Assembly: GCA_002449785.1 (NCBI GenBank)
Contig: DJXP01000031.1
Span: forward strand, 3,048 to 61,567
DNA length: 58,520 nucleotides
Reading direction: 5' to 3'
Source of the DNA: Clostridiales bacterium UBA7001
GTDB lineage: Bacteria; Bacillota; Clostridia; TANB77; CAG-508
Shown here: positions 20,357 through 30,753 of the stretch, piece by piece
Numbering within the stretch: position 1 is the first letter of the stretch
Layout: each line of letters starts with the position of its first letter
Program-made: the position numbers and the translations under genes
The notes under the pieces: generated by a model
The model's input: only the letters and a program-made list of their open reading frames with translations
Databases searched by the model: none
What the model was told of the DNA's origin: nothing

Positions 20357-20818
20357 TTGGCAAGTAATAAAATTGAAGAAAAAGTTCAGAATTTATTAGA
20401 AAATACTATAATAAATTTAGGATATGAATTATATGATGTAATATATGAAAAAGAAGGTAAAGATTTTTATTTAAGAATATTTATAGATAAGGAAAGTGGA
20501 ATATCAATAAATGATTGTGAGTATGTTAATAATAATATTAATGACATTTTAGATGAAGCCGACTATATAAAAGATGCATATTTTTTAGAAGTTTCTTCTC
20601 CTGGATTAGAAAGAACTTTAAGAAAAGATAAACACTTTATAAGTCAAATAGGAAATGAAATTTATATAAAATTATATAGTCAAGTAGAAAAGAGAAAAGA
20701 GTTTATAGGAATTTTAGAAGACTATAATGAAAATGATATTACAATTAATGTTAATAACAAATCAGTTAAAATAGATAAAAAAAATATAGCAATTGCAAAA
20801 ACAGTATTTAATTTTTAA
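20357..20818 (+). CDS. rimP: Ribosome maturation factor RimP
   Basis: LRIFIDK, INDCE, YFLEVSSPGLERTL; TTG start with RBS AAGGAGGTG. Confidence 0.95.
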   Translation: MASNKIEEKVQNLLENTIINLGYELYDVIYEKEGKDFYLRIFIDKESGISINDCEYVNNNINDILDEADYIKDAYFLEVSSPGLERTLRKDKHFISQIGNEIYIKLYSQVEKRKEFIGILEDYNENDITINVNNKSVKIDKKNIAIAKTVFNF

Positions 20819-20849
20819 AGAGGAATAAATATTATGCCTCAAGAAAGGA

Positions 20850-21995
20850 ATGATAGGAAAAATGGGAAATGTAGATGTGAAAGAATTAATTGCAGTAATG
20901 GATGAATTGGAAAAAGAAAGAGGAATAAGTAAAGACTATATTGTCGAAGCTTTAGAGGAAGCATTAGTTAAAGCTTATAAACAAAACTTTGATACTGATG
21001 ATAATTCAGATAATGTTAAAGTAACAATAGATAAAATAACAGGTGAAATGCATGTTTATTCAGTAAGAGAAGTTGTTAAAGAACATGCTGTCCCAGATTT
21101 AGAAATAAGTTTAGAAGATGCTAGAAAAATTGATAAAAAGTATGAAGTTGGTGATACAGTTAATATTGAGATTAAACCTAAAGATTTTGGTAGAATTGCT
21201 GCTCAAAAAGCAAAACAAGTAGTAGTACAGAAAATAAGAGAAGTTGAAAAAGAAATGGTATTTACTGAATTTAATGATAAAAAAGGTGAAATTGTTTCTG
21301 GTTTAATTCAAAAAGCTGACGGTAAAATTGTTGTATTAGATTTAGGAAAATTAGAAGGAGTTATGCCACTTAAAGAGCAAATACCTACAGAAACATATAG
21401 TGTAAATGATAAAATTAGAGCATATGTTTTAGAAGTAGAAAAAGGATTAAAAGGTACTCCACAAGTTATTGTATCTAGAAGCCATCCTGATTTCGTAAGA
21501 AAACTATTTGAATTTGAAATACCAGAGATATATGAAGGACTAATTGAAATTAAAAGTGTTTCAAGAGATCCGGGTTCTAGAAGTAAAGTTGCTGTTTATT
21601 CTAGAGATGAGAATATTGATCCAGTTGGTTCATGTGTTGGTCAAAAAGGAGTTAGAATTCAAAATATTATTAACGAATTACATGGTGAGAAAATTGATGT
21701 AATTGAATGGAATGAGGATCCTGCTATTTATATAGCTGCTGCTCTTTTACCTGCTCAAGTTATGGCAGTCGATGTTAAAGAAGAAGAAAAATTTGCACAA
21801 GTAATTGTTCCTGATGATCAATTATCACTTGCAATTGGTAAATCTGGACAAAATGCAAGACTAGCTGCTAAACTTACAAATTGGAAAATTGATATTAAAT
21901 CTGAATCACAGATTAGAGAAATATTATTAAGTCAAATGAATGAAGAAAATGCTGAAAATGAAGATAATAGTGAAGATAGTAAAGATAGTGAATAA
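20850..21995 (+). CDS. nusA: Transcription termination factor NusA
   Basis: FGRIAAQKAKQV, S1 and KH domains, DPVGSCVG, QLSLAIGKSGQNARLA. The real start is probably ATG 20862. Confidence 0.97.
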   Translation: MIGKMGNVDVKELIAVMDELEKERGISKDYIVEALEEALVKAYKQNFDTDDNSDNVKVTIDKITGEMHVYSVREVVKEHAVPDLEISLEDARKIDKKYEVGDTVNIEIKPKDFGRIAAQKAKQVVVQKIREVEKEMVFTEFNDKKGEIVSGLIQKADGKIVVLDLGKLEGVMPLKEQIPTETYSVNDKIRAYVLEVEKGLKGTPQVIVSRSHPDFVRKLFEFEIPEIYEGLIEIKSVSRDPGSRSKVAVYSRDENIDPVGSCVGQKGVRIQNIINELHGEKIDVIEWNEDPAIYIAAALLPAQVMAVDVKEEEKFAQVIVPDDQLSLAIGKSGQNARLAAKLTNWKIDIKSESQIREILLSQMNEENAENEDNSEDSKDSE

Positions 21996-22003
21996 ATTAG
22001 GAG

Positions 22004-22273
22004 TTGATAATATTGCAAAAAAAGAAACCAGAAAGAACATGTATTGTTTGTAAAACTCAAAAGGAAAAAAACGAATTATTAAGAATTGTTAAATCAAAAG
22101 ATGGTATTATTGATATAGACTTAACAGGCAAAAAAAATGGAAGAGGAGCTTATATTTGCAAGAATATAGACTGTTTAAATAAACTTAAAAAAACAAAAAA
22201 ATTAGAACAAATTTTTGAAAAAGAAATAGATGATAATTTATATGAAAGTATAAGAGGTATTATTATTGACTAA
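22004..22273 (+). CDS. ylxR: YlxR/RnpM family RNA-binding protein
   Basis: PERTCIVC, LLRIV, GRGAYIC; conserved position after nusA. Confidence 0.9.
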   Translation: MIILQKKKPERTCIVCKTQKEKNELLRIVKSKDGIIDIDLTGKKNGRGAYICKNIDCLNKLKKTKKLEQIFEKEIDDNLYESIRGIIID

Positions 22274-22583
22274 TAATGTAAATGGATTGCTAGGTATTTC
22301 TGCCAAAGCTGGTAAAATAGTTTCTGGTTCAGATGCAGTTTTAGAAAAAATAATGAGTGGAAAAGTATATTTAACAATTGTTGCAGAAGATGCATCTGAA
22401 AAAACAATTAAGAATTTTAAATTTTATAGTGAAAAATATAATGTTGATTTTGAATTATATGGTACTATTGAAAACAATAGCAAAACAATTGGGAAGAAGA
22501 ATAGAGCTATTATTGGTATAACAGAAAAGAATTTAGCAGAAAACATAAAAAAAGTAATTCATGGAGGTGGAGAGTTTGGATAA
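22266..22583 (+). CDS. ylxQ: L7Ae family RNA-binding protein
   Basis: [27 protein letters not shown]; lies between ylxR and infB. Confidence 0.85.
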   Translation: MTNNVNGLLGISAKAGKIVSGSDAVLEKIMSGKVYLTIVAEDASEKTIKNFKFYSEKYNVDFELYGTIENNSKTIGKKNRAIIGITEKNLAENIKKVIHGGGEFG

Positions 22584-25302
22584 AATAAAGATTCATGAAC
22601 TAGCAAAAAAGTTAGGAGTAGAAACTAAAAAAGTTTTAGAGTTAGCTAAAGACTTTGGAATAGAGGTTAAAAATCATTTAAGTTCTATTACAGAAGATGA
22701 GGCAAATAAGATTGAAAATAAAATTAAAGGAGTTTCAAAGACAAAATCTATGGATAATAAAAAAAGTAAAAATGATGAACCTGTAATAATTAGAAGAGCA
22801 ATCATTAATAATGATGATGATCAAAAAGAAGAAGATAGAAAAAAGAAAGAACAGCAAAGAAAAAAAGATGTTGGATTTATCGAAAATAAAAGAAATAAAG
22901 ATTATAATATTGTTTATAGAGATAAACCAACTAAGCCTCTTACTGTAAGTGAGTTACTAGGTTTAAGTAATAAAAAAGAAACAAATAATGATAATAAGAA
23001 AGATGTTAAAACTCAAGAACCTCAAGAAAAAAAAGCAGATGAGAAAGTTAATAATACTGCTTCTATTAAAAATTCAGATAATTCTAATAAAAGTGAAATT
23101 GGCAAAAGCAGTCCTAAAAGTTCAAATACTTTTAGTAAACCATATAATGGTAAGAAAAATGATGGAAAAAACAATTTTAATAGACGTGATAATAGAAATA
23201 ATTATGGACAAAGAAAAAGTTTAGACGAAAAAGGAATTGATAAGAAAATTAAAAATATTATGGAAGTTGATATTCCATCAGAGAAAGAAAATGTAAGAGA
23301 TTTTTCTAATAAAGGTAAAGCAAAAGATAAAGCAAAAATGAATAGACCTGAAGAACAAAAAGCAAAAAAGGTAAATAGAAGGAATATTGGCAATGACTTT
23401 GATTCGGATAAATTAAATGACTTAAAAAGACATGGTAAAACAAATTTCGGCGAAGATGAAATGATGGATTACTATGATTTAAGTACTGAAAGAAGAAGAG
23501 GAAAGAAAAAATCAAAACAAGAAATTAAGCCTAAACAACAAAAAATATTTAAACTAACAGAAATTACAATTCCTGAAACAATTACAGTTAAGAATTTAGC
23601 TATGGAAATGAAAATTACTAGTAGTGATGTAATAAAAAAATTATTAAATTTAGGAATAATGGCAACAATAAATAATGAACTTGATTTCGATACAGCATAT
23701 CTTATTGCTCAAGAATATGGAATTAATGCTATTAAGAAAAATGTTGTTACAGATGAAGATATACTAATTGATGAAAGTGAAGATAGAGAAGAAGACTTAA
23801 AACCAAGACCACCAGTTATAGTTGTTATGGGTCATGTTGATCATGGTAAAACTTCACTTCTAGATGCAATTAGAAGTACTAATGTAATTGAAGGTGAGTC
23901 TGGTGGAATTACTCAACATATTGGTGCATATCAAGTAAAAATTAATGATAGAGATATAACATTTTTAGATACTCCTGGACACGAAGCTTTTACTTCAATG
24001 AGAGCAAGAGGCGCAATGATCACAGATATAGCAATATTAGTAGTTGCTGCAAATGATGGTGTTATGCCTCAAACAATAGAAGCAATTAATCATGCTAAAG
24101 CAGCTAATATTCCTATAATAGTTGCTGTAAATAAAATGGATTTACCAGATGCAAATTTCGATAAAGTTGAGCAAGAATTAATGAAATATGAATTAGTACC
24201 TGAAGCTTGGGGAGGAGATACAATTTATGTTCCTATTTCTGCAAAGAAAAAACAAGGAATTGATAATTTATTAGAAATGGTTTTATTAGAAGCAGACGTA
24301 CTAGAACTTAAAGCAAATCCTACCAAACAAGCTAAAGGAACGGTAATTGAAGCAAAACTTGATAAAACTAAAGGTCCAGTAGCAACAATGCTTGTCCAAA
24401 GAGGAAAGCTTGACGTTGGAGATACTATTATAGTTGGTTCTACTATAGGTAGAATAAGAACTATGGTAAATGATAAAGGTAAGAAAGTAAAATCAGCGGG
24501 CCCTTCTATGCCAGTTTCAATTACTGGTCTTACAACTGTTCCAGAGTCAGGTGACACATTCTATGAAGTTAAAGATGAAAAAACAGCAAAACATTTGATT
24601 GAAAAAAGAAAATATGAGAAACATCAAAAAGAAATCAGTACAAGTACAATTGTTACACTTGATGACTTATTTAACAAAATTGAAAGTGAAAACTTAAAAC
24701 AACTTAATTTAATAGTAAAAGCAGATGTTCAAGGTTCTGTTGAAGCATTAAAACAATCTCTTGAAAAACTTTCTAATGATGAAGTTAGAGTAAAGGTTAT
24801 TCACTCAAATGTTGGTGGAGTAACAGAATCTGATGTAACTCTTGCTAAGGTTTCTGGAGCAATCATTATTGCATTTAATGTTAGACCAGAAGTTATAGCT
24901 AAAAGTATTGCTGATAAAGAAGGGGTTGAAATTAAACAATATTCTGTAATATATGATGCTATAAATGATGTTGAGTCAGCAATGAAAGGAATGTTAGACC
25001 CTGTATATAAAGAAACTGTAATTGGAACTGCAGAAGTTAGACAAATATTTAAAGTCTCTAATGTTGGAACAATTGCAGGTAGTTATGTATTAACAGGAAA
25101 GATTGCTAGAAATGCTGGAATTAGAGTAATTAGGGATAACATTGTAATTCATGATGGAAAACTAATTTCTTTAAAAAGATTTAAAGATGATGTCAAAGAA
25201 GTTGATAAAGGCTATGAATGTGGACTTCAAATAGATGGATTTAATGATATTAAAGAAGCTGACCAACTTGAAGTTTATATTATGGAACAAGTAAAACAAT
25301 AG
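22576..25302 (+). CDS. infB: Translation initiation factor IF-2
   Basis: [37 protein letters not shown]. Start taken as TTG 22576 after GGAGGTG. Confidence 0.97.
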   Translation: MDKIKIHELAKKLGVETKKVLELAKDFGIEVKNHLSSITEDEANKIENKIKGVSKTKSMDNKKSKNDEPVIIRRAIINNDDDQKEEDRKKKEQQRKKDVGFIENKRNKDYNIVYRDKPTKPLTVSELLGLSNKKETNNDNKKDVKTQEPQEKKADEKVNNTASIKNSDNSNKSEIGKSSPKSSNTFSKPYNGKKNDGKNNFNRRDNRNNYGQRKSLDEKGIDKKIKNIMEVDIPSEKENVRDFSNKGKAKDKAKMNRPEEQKAKKVNRRNIGNDFDSDKLNDLKRHGKTNFGEDEMMDYYDLSTERRRGKKKSKQEIKPKQQKIFKLTEITIPETITVKNLAMEMKITSSDVIKKLLNLGIMATINNELDFDTAYLIAQEYGINAIKKNVVTDEDILIDESEDREEDLKPRPPVIVVMGHVDHGKTSLLDAIRSTNVIEGESGGITQHIGAYQVKINDRDITFLDTPGHEAFTSMRARGAMITDIAILVVAANDGVMPQTIEAINHAKAANIPIIVAVNKMDLPDANFDKVEQELMKYELVPEAWGGDTIYVPISAKKKQGIDNLLEMVLLEADVLELKANPTKQAKGTVIEAKLDKTKGPVATMLVQRGKLDVGDTIIVGSTIGRIRTMVNDKGKKVKSAGPSMPVSITGLTTVPESGDTFYEVKDEKTAKHLIEKRKYEKHQKEISTSTIVTLDDLFNKIESENLKQLNLIVKADVQGSVEALKQSLEKLSNDEVRVKVIHSNVGGVTESDVTLAKVSGAIIIAFNVRPEVIAKSIADKEGVEIKQYSVIYDAINDVESAMKGMLDPVYKETVIGTAEVRQIFKVSNVGTIAGSYVLTGKIARNAGIRVIRDNIVIHDGKLISLKRFKDDVKEVDKGYECGLQIDGFNDIKEADQLEVYIMEQVKQ

Positions 25303-25337
25303 ATATAAGATAGATTTATCTTTATAGGAGGTAATTT

Positions 25338-25700
25338 ATGCCACAAAACAATAGGATGAATAAAATAGATGAGGAATTAAAAAAAGAAATAAGTACTATT
25401 ATATCTTTAGAATTAAAAAATCCTCATCTAACAGGATTAATAAGCGTAAGTAAGGTAAAAACGACACCAGATTTAAGATTTGCTAAAGTATATGTTACTA
25501 TGATAAATGAAAAGAGTAAAAAAGAAAACTTAGCAATTTTAAAAAAGTCTAGTGGGTTTATTAGAAGTGCTATAGCTAAAAAAATAAACTTAAGGTATAC
25601 ACCAGAACTTATATTCGAATTTGATGAATCAATTGAATATGGTACTAGAATAGATGAAATACTAAAAAATATAACTAAAGATATAAAAAGCAATGATTAA
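25338..25700 (+). CDS. rbfA: Ribosome-binding factor A
   Basis: DLRFAKVYV, SGFIRS, LRYTPELIFEFDESIEYG. Confidence 0.96.
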   Translation: MPQNNRMNKIDEELKKEISTIISLELKNPHLTGLISVSKVKTTPDLRFAKVYVTMINEKSKKENLAILKKSSGFIRSAIAKKINLRYTPELIFEFDESIEYGTRIDEILKNITKDIKSND

Positions 25701-25748
25701 AATTGTATCAATAAATAGAGTTTTGCTTTTTTAGGAAGGAGCAATAAA

Positions 25749-26706
25749 ATGACTTTAGATGATATATTAGTAGAAATAAAAAATGCAGAAAATATTGCAA
25801 TTATGGCACATGAAGCACCAGATGGTGACGCTATAGGAAGTAGTTTAGCATTGTGTTTAGCATTAAGAAATCTTGGAAAAAATGCGTATTTTCTTATGAG
25901 AGACGATTTCCCAGAAAATTTTAATTATTTACCTGGAAGAGAATTTATTGTTGAAGATTCTGATATTAAAAATTTTGATTTAGCATTTGTATTAGATTGT
26001 CCTACTATAAAAAGGGTAAATATGGAGCTTAGAAAATATTTTGAAATGGCAACAGTTAAAGTTGAAATTGATCACCATACAAAAAATGACATGTTTGCTG
26101 ATTTAAATATTGTCGATCATATTTCTCCTGCTACTTGTCAAATATTAGTATCTAGTTTTGAATATATGGGCATTGAAATCACTAAAGATATAGGAGTATG
26201 TTTACTTACTGGTATTATTACAGATACCAATGGTTTTAGGAACACTAATGTTTCTACTGAATGCTTTGAATTTGCATCTTGGGCTTTAGAACATGGAATT
26301 AATTTACCTAAAATATATAAACAATCTATGCTAACAATGACAAAATCAAAATTTGAAGTTCAGAAGTTAGCTATGAATAGATTAGAATTTTTTGCTGATG
26401 GTAAAATTGCATTTACATATATTAACAATGAAGATGATAAAGCTCTTAATGTAAAAGCAGGTGAGCGTGATGGTATTGTTGAAATTGGTAAAAGCATTGA
26501 AGGTGTTGAGGTCTCTATATTTTTATATGAAAAAGAAAAAGGATATAAGGCTTCACTTCGCTCAAACGAATATGTTAATGTAGCGGATGTATGTTTTAAT
26601 TTTCGGTGGAGGTGGACATATTAAAGCTGCTGGAACTAATTTACTTATGTCATTTGAAGAAGCTAAAAAAGCAATAATTAATGAAGTTGAAAAATATTTA
26701 AAATAA
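25749..26706 (+). CDS. nrnA: DHH/DHHA1 oligoribonuclease-PAP phosphatase; needs a +1 frameshift at or just before CGG 26604-26606 (about 318 aa joined)
   Basis: HEAPDGDAIGS, IDHH, TDT and SLRS in the 0-frame. The DHHA1 signature GGGGHIKAAG is in the +1 frame after TTT-C|GGT and ends at TAA 26704-26706, just before a terminator. Confidence 0.88.
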
Positions 26707-26749
26707 AAATGTTAGTATAGTACATTTTTTGTACTATCTAACTTTTTTT
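26707..26749 (+). terminator. Intrinsic terminator after nrnA
   Basis: GTTAGTATAGTAC...GTACTATCTAAC stem followed by T7. Confidence 0.75.
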
Positions 26750-26804
26750 ATACTCTGGTAAAGTCATCGTTTGAAAAACGATAGACTTGACGTAAATGAG
26801 AATT
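26750..26804. repeat. Dispersed 55-bp structured repeat, copy 2
   Basis: ATACTCTGGTAAAGTCATCGTTTGAAAAACGATAGACTTGACGTAAATGAGAATT; same orientation as copy 1. Confidence 0.9.
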
Positions 26805-26845
26805 CCAGGCTTTCCATTTTATGGAAAATATGCAGTTGGAAGCTA

Positions 26846-26866
26846 TATGTAACAAATTGTTACATA
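26846..26866. promoter_or_regulatory. Palindrome, candidate operator
   Basis: TATGTAACAA-A-TTGTTACATA, perfect 10-bp arms. Confidence 0.45.
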
Positions 26867-26948
26867 AAAGAAAAAATAATGTTATTGAAGTAATCTGTAA
26901 GTTAATTTAAAATAATAATATGTATAAATTTATTTTAAAGGATTTAAA

Positions 26949-27782
26949 ATGTTAAAAAAATTATTTTCTATTATTTTATTGTTTTTTATATTATTAAATT
27001 TTGTAACTGTTTCATATGCAATAGAGGCAATTACTGTTCCAGAAACTGATATCAATCTTCGTATTATTAATCTTACTAAAGGATGCAAAGTTTATTTATT
27101 GCTTTCTACAGACTTGTTAAGATATAATATGGAAAAATTTATTAGTAATAATTTAAATAATCCTTATGAACTTGAAGATGAAGAAGCGCAAGATTTACAA
27201 GAACTTCTTAATAAAGAAGATTATATTGGTTATTTAAACTATTTTAAAGAAGTTGGATTTAATGTTGAAGATAATGAAATGGAATTAAGACATTATTCAT
27301 TTTGCTTTGGAACAGCAGAAATAGTAGACTATTTAGAAATTGAAGGGAAAAAGTTTGTTCAAATAAGAATATATCCAAATTATAATAATGAATTTAAGCT
27401 TATAATGAAAGATTATTTAAATAATTATGATCCTCGAGATTCAATGTTTATGATTGATGAGTTTAATGTTAAAACTTATATAAAATTATCTGATTATGAA
27501 TTTGTAACTAATGAACTTCATTCAAATATAAGAGAATGTAATATTAATTATACATTTTATACAAATGAAGATTATGATATTATAGAAAGAAATATAAAAA
27601 TAGCATATTGGATAATATATATTATACTGTTAATAATATTATTAACTATAATGATATTAATAATTAAACATAAAAAAGCTAAAAGAGAAGAAATTGAAGA
27701 AAGAAAATTTTGGAAAAAGAAATTATCAAATGAACAGCCAAAAAAACTTAAGAAAAAAGAAAGAAAAAAGAAAGAAAAATAA
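26949..27782 (+). CDS. Hypothetical exported protein with a C-terminal membrane anchor
   Basis: Signal peptide (..VSYA|), C-terminal TM helix and Lys-rich tail. Confidence 0.6.
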   Translation: MLKKLFSIILLFFILLNFVTVSYAIEAITVPETDINLRIINLTKGCKVYLLLSTDLLRYNMEKFISNNLNNPYELEDEEAQDLQELLNKEDYIGYLNYFKEVGFNVEDNEMELRHYSFCFGTAEIVDYLEIEGKKFVQIRIYPNYNNEFKLIMKDYLNNYDPRDSMFMIDEFNVKTYIKLSDYEFVTNELHSNIRECNINYTFYTNEDYDIIERNIKIAYWIIYIILLIILLTIMILIIKHKKAKREEIEERKFWKKKLSNEQPKKLKKKERKKKEK

Positions 27783-27821
27783 TTAGTATATTATTATTGA
27801 AATAAGTTAATAATATATTTT

Positions 27822-28565
27822 ATGATAAGGAAAAATTGTTGTAAAATATTAATTAATTTTATAATTTATAGCATTATTGGTTTTTTTATGGAAACTGTAT
27901 ATGCTATATTTACTAAAGGATTAATTGAAAGTAGAAAAAGTTTTTTATATGGTCCATTTTGCATTGTATATGGACTCGCTGCAATAATACTAATTTTATC
28001 TTTAAATAAAATTAAAGGTCAAAAAGTAAAATTATTCATATATGGTATGATTTTAGGTTGTATGGTTGAATATATAACAAGTTATATCGGAGAAGCTATA
28101 TGTCATATAAAATGGTGGGACTATTCAGATGCATTTTTGAACATTAATGGGAGAACCTGCCTTTATTATGCTGTTATATGGGGTTTTTTATCAATAATTC
28201 TAATTGAAAAAGTAAATCCATTTTTTGATAATATTATAAGTAATATATTATCAAAAGACTCTATTAATATTGCAAAATTAACTACATTCTCAATAATTGC
28301 ATTTATGATATTTGATGCTGGTATTAGTATTTATGCAATTGATAATTTTTTACTAAGGGTATCTCAAAACTATAATATTAATATTAATGGAATTGATAAA
28401 AGTAAAGTATCAAATTTAAATATTAATAAAATTTATTCGAATGATAGAATGATGATGAATTATCCTAATATTATTATTGTTAATGATAATGGAGATAAAA
28501 TATATTTAGAATCAATTTTATCAGATGTAAAAAATTATTATTATAGTTTTAATAACAAGTTTTAA
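27822..28565 (+). CDS. Putative ABC transporter permease (CmpB/DUF1113-like)
   Basis: FIIYSIIGFFME, FLYGPFCIVYG, WWDYS..LNINGRTCL. Confidence 0.8.
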   Translation: MIRKNCCKILINFIIYSIIGFFMETVYAIFTKGLIESRKSFLYGPFCIVYGLAAIILILSLNKIKGQKVKLFIYGMILGCMVEYITSYIGEAICHIKWWDYSDAFLNINGRTCLYYAVIWGFLSIILIEKVNPFFDNIISNILSKDSINIAKLTTFSIIAFMIFDAGISIYAIDNFLLRVSQNYNININGIDKSKVSNLNINKIYSNDRMMMNYPNIIIVNDNGDKIYLESILSDVKNYYYSFNNKF

Positions 28566-28589
28566 TATATCAAAAGGAAGAAAAATAAT

Positions 28590-30107
28590 ATGTCAAAAAA
28601 GAGTATTACTAAGAATTATATATATAATATGGTATATCAAGTTTTAATTCTTATATTACCATTAATTACTACACCATATTTGTCTAGAGTACTAGGAGCA
28701 GAGGGAATAGGCATATATGGGTATACATATTCAATTGTTACGTATTTTATTTTATTTGGTTCATTAGGTGTTGCTTTATATGGTCAAAGAGAAATAGCTT
28801 ATGCAGGTGAAAATGTTACTGCAAGGAAAAAAGTTTTTATTGAAATAATAATATTTAGGTTTATATCTGTATTTATTTCATTGTTATTTTATATATTTAT
28901 TTTTGTAAATGGTGCAAAATATCAAATTTATTATAGAATTCTTATTTTAGAACTATTAGCTGCAGCATTTGATGTTAGTTGGTTTTTTCAAGGTATAGAA
29001 GAATTTAAAAGAACTGTTACAAGAAATGTACTAGTTAGAATTTGTAGTGTTTCATTAGTTTTTTTATTAGTTAAAGCACGAGAAGATTTAGCTAAATTTA
29101 CATTAATTTATTCTATTGCAGATTTAGTTGGTAATATTAGTTTATGGTTTTATCTGCCAAAATATTTTAGAGGAATTAAAGTTAAAAATATAAATGTATT
29201 TAAACATTTACCTGAAATATTATTATTATTTATTCCTCAAATAGCAAATCAAATTTATAAAATATTAGATACTACAATGATTGGAAAAATTGTAGAAAAT
29301 AAAATAGAGACTGGCTATTATGAACAAGCTCAAAAAGTTATAAGATTATTGCTTACAATAGTAACATCTCTTGGTGTAGTTATGGTTCCAAGAATGGCAA
29401 GTACATATGCAAGTGGTGATAAAGTTAAAATTATAAATTACTTGAAGATGTCTTTTCGCTTTGTATTTTTCTTAGCTTTTCCTATAATGTTTGGAATCAT
29501 TAGCATTTCTAGTTCATTTGTACCTGTATTCTTTGGTAAAGGCTATGATAAAGTTATTATTTTAATCAATATTATTAGTCCTATTATAATATTAATGGGA
29601 GTAGGGAATGTACTTGGAACTCAATATTTACTTCCAACAAAAAAACAAAGAGAATATACTGTATCTGTTACTATAGGAGTAATTGTTAATTTTATATTAA
29701 ATTATATTTTAATTCATCTATTTCAATCAATAGGTGCATCTATTGCTACAGTTATTTCTGAATTAGTAATAGTTGCTATTCAATATAGGTATATAAGAAA
29801 TGAAATAAATGTAAAAACTATAATTAATTTAGGTTGGAAGTATTTGTTTTCAGGTATTGTTATGTATATTATTTGTAGTATAACTAGGGCTATACTAATC
29901 ATAACGCCAGCTATGTCTGCAATTTTTAAATTTGCTATTAATCATAATATTAATAAAGAATATTTTTATAATATTTCATCAATATTAATTCAAGTAATAG
30001 TAGGAATGATAACATATTTTGGAATTTTAATTATCCTTAAAGATGATTATATTTTTAAATTTTTTAATAAGATAAAATCTTTAGTTTTTAAGAAAAAAGA
30101 AGCATAA
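28590..30107 (+). CDS. Wzx/MOP-family polysaccharide flippase
   Basis: KNYIYNMVYQVL..PLITTPYLSRVLGAEGIG, WFFQGIEEF, many TM helices. Confidence 0.88.
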   Translation: MSKKSITKNYIYNMVYQVLILILPLITTPYLSRVLGAEGIGIYGYTYSIVTYFILFGSLGVALYGQREIAYAGENVTARKKVFIEIIIFRFISVFISLLFYIFIFVNGAKYQIYYRILILELLAAAFDVSWFFQGIEEFKRTVTRNVLVRICSVSLVFLLVKAREDLAKFTLIYSIADLVGNISLWFYLPKYFRGIKVKNINVFKHLPEILLLFIPQIANQIYKILDTTMIGKIVENKIETGYYEQAQKVIRLLLTIVTSLGVVMVPRMASTYASGDKVKIINYLKMSFRFVFFLAFPIMFGIISISSSFVPVFFGKGYDKVIILINIISPIIILMGVGNVLGTQYLLPTKKQREYTVSVTIGVIVNFILNYILIHLFQSIGASIATVISELVIVAIQYRYIRNEINVKTIINLGWKYLFSGIVMYIICSITRAILIITPAMSAIFKFAINHNINKEYFYNISSILIQVIVGMITYFGILIILKDDYIFKFFNKIKSLVFKKKEA

Positions 30108-30130
30108 AGATTAAATTTAAGGAGGTATAA

Positions 30131-30742
30131 ATGCTGGAAAAGAGAACAATTGCAATATTCGGTGGTTCATTTAATCCACCTTTAAATTCTCATTTTTCTA
30201 TTGCAGAACAAATAATTGAAGAATATGAAAACATAGAAAAAATAATATTTGTTCCAGTAAGTAAGATATATAAAAAATCAAATTTAATCGGAAATGAACA
30301 TAGATATAATATGCTAAAATTAGTCTGTGATAAAAATAGTAAATTTTCTGTTTCTGATGTTGAACTTAAAGGTGACGTACAATTACATACAATTGAAACA
30401 TTGGAATTATTAAAAAAAGACTATTCAAATTATGAATTATGCTTTATTATTGGAACAGACAATTTAAAAGATTTGCCGAATTGGAATACACCTGATTTGT
30501 TATTAGAAAAATATAATTTTCTTGTTGTTGAAAGGGATAATGATAATATAGATGAAATTATTAGTAATAGTAATCTTTTATCAAAATATAAAAAGTCTAT
30601 TATTACAGTTAAGAATAACATAAGAAGCAACATTAGTTCTACTTTTGTAAGAGAAAAACTTATTAATGGTAAAAGCATAAGATATTATACACCAGATGAA
30701 GTATATTATTACATAAAAGATAATAATTTGTATATTAATTAA
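30131..30742 (+). CDS. nadD: Nicotinate-nucleotide adenylyltransferase
   Basis: IFGGSFNPPLNSH, FIIGTDN, ISSTFVR, YIKDNNLY. Confidence 0.9.
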   Translation: MLEKRTIAIFGGSFNPPLNSHFSIAEQIIEEYENIEKIIFVPVSKIYKKSNLIGNEHRYNMLKLVCDKNSKFSVSDVELKGDVQLHTIETLELLKKDYSNYELCFIIGTDNLKDLPNWNTPDLLLEKYNFLVVERDNDNIDEIISNSNLLSKYKKSIITVKNNIRSNISSTFVREKLINGKSIRYYTPDEVYYYIKDNNLYIN

Positions 30743-30753
30743 GAGGTAAATGA

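Noticed and set aside
20834..20905. Short ORF (ATG 20834, after AGAGGA) with in-frame AGG-A codons that would join nusA by a +1 shift, suggesting AGG is also shifty
   Set aside because: AGG is read normally in conserved positions (pyrB MRHP, nrdD VRGK). nusA has its own plausible SD and ATG at 20862, and the AGGs are probably just that SD.
10600..26606. CGG reassigned to another amino acid (Trp, Gln or Gly) as a triplet
   Set aside because: A triplet reassignment would not restore the frame; stops follow within 3-6 codons and homology continues only in the +1 frame.
26755..26843. Resemblance of the repeat to a c-di-GMP-I riboswitch (GGYAAA..GAAA..GACGYAAA) or the glmS ribozyme (TTGACG..AGG)
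   Set aside because: Spacing and core nucleotides do not fit, copy 1 lacks the matches, and neither copy sits in a clear 5' leader.
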